DNA of 64,000 bases, taken from NCBI GenBank assembly GCA_001766815.1, contig LYOS01000001.1, positions 148,998 to 212,997 of the forward strand. Reading direction: 5' to 3'. How positions within the stretch are numbered: position 1 is the first letter of the stretch; each line of letters starts with the position of its first letter. The position numbers and the translations under genes are program-made. This document shows, piece after piece, positions 62,310 to 64,000 of this stretch. This DNA is from Candidatus Syntropharchaeum caldarium (GTDB lineage Archaea > Halobacteriota > Syntropharchaeia > Syntropharchaeales > Syntropharchaeaceae). The notes beneath the pieces were generated by a model. It searched no databases. It saw nothing but the letters and a program-made list of their open reading frames with translations, and had not been told where the DNA came from.

Positions 62310-62528
62310 TCATTCCTCCATCCTCACAATCTGTTTTAAAAGTATCCACGATACTGCAATAACTGATAGTGCAAATCCAGCCTCGACAATCGAGCTGTAC
62401 CTGTAGTCAAAGAGCCTTGTTATTACATCAAGCACGCTGAAATAGAATGTGAGTGTTGCGATCAGAAGAAGCAGAATGAGTATGCCTGCGGTTGCGAACT
62501 TCAAGATCCTGTGAAGATTATTTGCCAT
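62310..62528 (-). CDS. Small two-TM membrane protein
   Basis: 72 aa with two hydrophobic helices; overlaps the end of the upstream gene. Confidence 0.3.
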   Translation of the reverse strand: MANNLHRILKFATAGILILLLLIATLTFYFSVLDVITRLFDYRYSSIVEAGFALSVIAVSWILLKQIVRMEE

Positions 62529-63570
62529 GTTTATCCCTCCTCACCAGTAGAGCGATCAATAGTGCAAAGATCACGCCTGCTAAGCCAAATCCCGGAGCGC
62601 GTGGTGCCATACCATCCATCCCGTAAGGTATCATTTCTACGTCTGGTGTTGGTACAGGTCTCGGTGCTATAAAATCTTCCACTTTGATCTCGGGCTCTTT
62701 CTCAACAACCGTGCCTGTAACAGGTATAAACTCGGTTCTATCGCCAAACGGACTCAAAGCCACCATTCCATAGCCCTCTGCAACGATTTTATCACCATTC
62801 CATATTGTGAGATCAATCAGATGGTCCCGTTCACTCAAAAGGTTGAGTCTTGCAGATCTCACCGATGTCCCACTTCCAGTGAGTGTGCCAACATCAACCT
62901 CGATCTTATCCACAAGAAGCCCTGTCTTCTCATCCTCTGCCTTTATGAGCATCCTGAGTGGGGGCGTATCCTTTGACTTGAGATTCTCGATGTATGCAGT
63001 GGCATCAATCAGTGTGCGATCACCGGTACTGCCGTTTACAGCAAAGTCAACATCCCTTATCTTAAGTGCAACGTCGCCCTTTACCTCAAGTGTGGATAGC
63101 CCTGAAATCCTGGCTTCCCGGCTCGTAACAAATTTATCACCCTCAAATAGCTCAACACTCACCCGATACGATCCCTCGCGCGGGACTGTAAACGGTAGCC
63201 TTGTCTCAACTGTTCCCTTACCCTTCTCTATAACAATCACCTTCTTCTCCTGCATCACACCCTTAGCATCCATATAACGCTGGTACTCGATCGTGCCAAC
63301 GGGCGCAGATCTCTCATCAAGTAGCAACCCGGTCTCCCCATCGTATAGCTTTGCGAGAAGTTCAACATCACTCGCCGCGTCCCCCTCATGCTCAACCATG
63401 ATTATCGCTGTGATGTTTACCTCACTCTCATCGACCGCATCTGCCATAATATCGATATTCCTGATCCAGAGGTGTGATTCCTCTTTGATACCGCCAGATA
63501 CGGCAAGAAGCCCTGCAAAGAGAAGAAACAACACCACAACGATCGCTATGCTCAACAGATTCCGATCCAT
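62518..63570 (-). CDS. Secreted protein with PGF-CTERM archaeal sorting signal
   Basis: N-terminal signal/TM (LLSIAIVVVLFLLFAGLLAVSGG) and C-terminal PRAPGFGLAGVIFALLIALLVRRDKHGK. Confidence 0.6.
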   Translation of the reverse strand: MDRNLLSIAIVVVLFLLFAGLLAVSGGIKEESHLWIRNIDIMADAVDESEVNITAIIMVEHEGDAASDVELLAKLYDGETGLLLDERSAPVGTIEYQRYMDAKGVMQEKKVIVIEKGKGTVETRLPFTVPREGSYRVSVELFEGDKFVTSREARISGLSTLEVKGDVALKIRDVDFAVNGSTGDRTLIDATAYIENLKSKDTPPLRMLIKAEDEKTGLLVDKIEVDVGTLTGSGTSVRSARLNLLSERDHLIDLTIWNGDKIVAEGYGMVALSPFGDRTEFIPVTGTVVEKEPEIKVEDFIAPRPVPTPDVEMIPYGMDGMAPRAPGFGLAGVIFALLIALLVRRDKHGK

Positions 63571-63787
63571 GAGGTTTAATCTACTTATATCTACTTATAC
63601 TTTCGTGTCACGATAAAGTTTGGAAAGTGGTAGAGGAGAGCAGTTGTATTTTAAAAATGATGTTAATTAGTTCGAAATCTTTATAAATGATAAGCTAAGC
63701 ATCTGTTTTCCTACAAAATTTATTTATTAGGATCTTCAGTAGTGGTTCGTGCGGGTTAATCAATAACATACTGGAGGAGTGAGTCGG

Positions 63788-64000
63788 ATGCATAAGGAAG
63801 AGCTTATCCAATTTCATATGTTTCTGGTACAGCTTAAAGACTACTTTGAGAAAGAAGTCGGCGGATATGAATTCTCAAAGTACGGTCAGTTAAATATATC
63901 ACCCCTTCAAATTCATCGTAGTAAAGCCGATCACAAGCGTGCGATCTTCACTCTGAGTAATGAGATCGCATCACTGGTTGCTGCAGATGAACCCTCGGGG
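63788..64000 (+). CDS. UPF0058-family small protein (3' end truncated by window edge)
   Basis: ATG at 63788 preceded by GGAGG; translation MHKEELIQFHMFLVQLKDYFEKEVGGYEFSKYG; the family assignment is from memory only. Confidence 0.45.
   Translation, partial: MHKEELIQFHMFLVQLKDYFEKEVGGYEFSKYGQLNISPLQIHRSKADHKRAIFTLSNEIASLVAADEPSG

Noticed and set aside
1-64000. CRISPR arrays or mobile elements
   Set aside because: No repeat-spacer array was seen, intergenic regions are all short (under about 230 bp), and no transposase or integrase was found; the tRNA genes are not flanked by integrase-like genes.

Overview
This 64 kb window reads as a chromosomal segment of a euryarchaeon, probably a methanogen-related or ANME-like lineage (inference). 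The evidence is archaeal-type aEF-1alpha, ribosomal proteins S10/S2/S15/L15, SecY, PolD small subunit, Elp3, Pth2, archaeal adenylate and cytidylate kinases, an F420-biosynthesis gene (CofC), an FrhB-like F420 subunit and a PGF-CTERM protein. Most of the window is densely packed housekeeping genes (carAB, gatB, pyrH, suf/nfu Fe-S assembly, an L15-SecY-Adk-DUF106-Cmk cluster, two tRNAs). The standout accessory region is 1-9571: two tandem paralogous genes for giant, sequon-rich secreted surface proteins (CARDB repeats, parallel beta-helix, alpha/alpha-toroid, PQQ-like beta-propeller). They share an exact ~1.0 kb segment; one ends in cohesin-like domains plus a dockerin, the other in a linker/TM/poly-Arg anchor. 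Immediately downstream is a divergently arranged pair of small RHH-like genes and an ExbB/ExbD-like proton-channel gene pair. Other points worth a second look are a bacterial-type RuvB in an archaeal context, a flavoprotein gene whose conserved N-terminus has no canonical start codon and sits in frame behind the SufBD stop, an intron-containing tRNA-Ser overlapping the 3' end of truD on the opposite strand, and a perfect 18-bp palindrome upstream of a split permease. All assignments are from reading the translations and motifs; no database search was run. No CRISPR array, transposase or integrase was seen.
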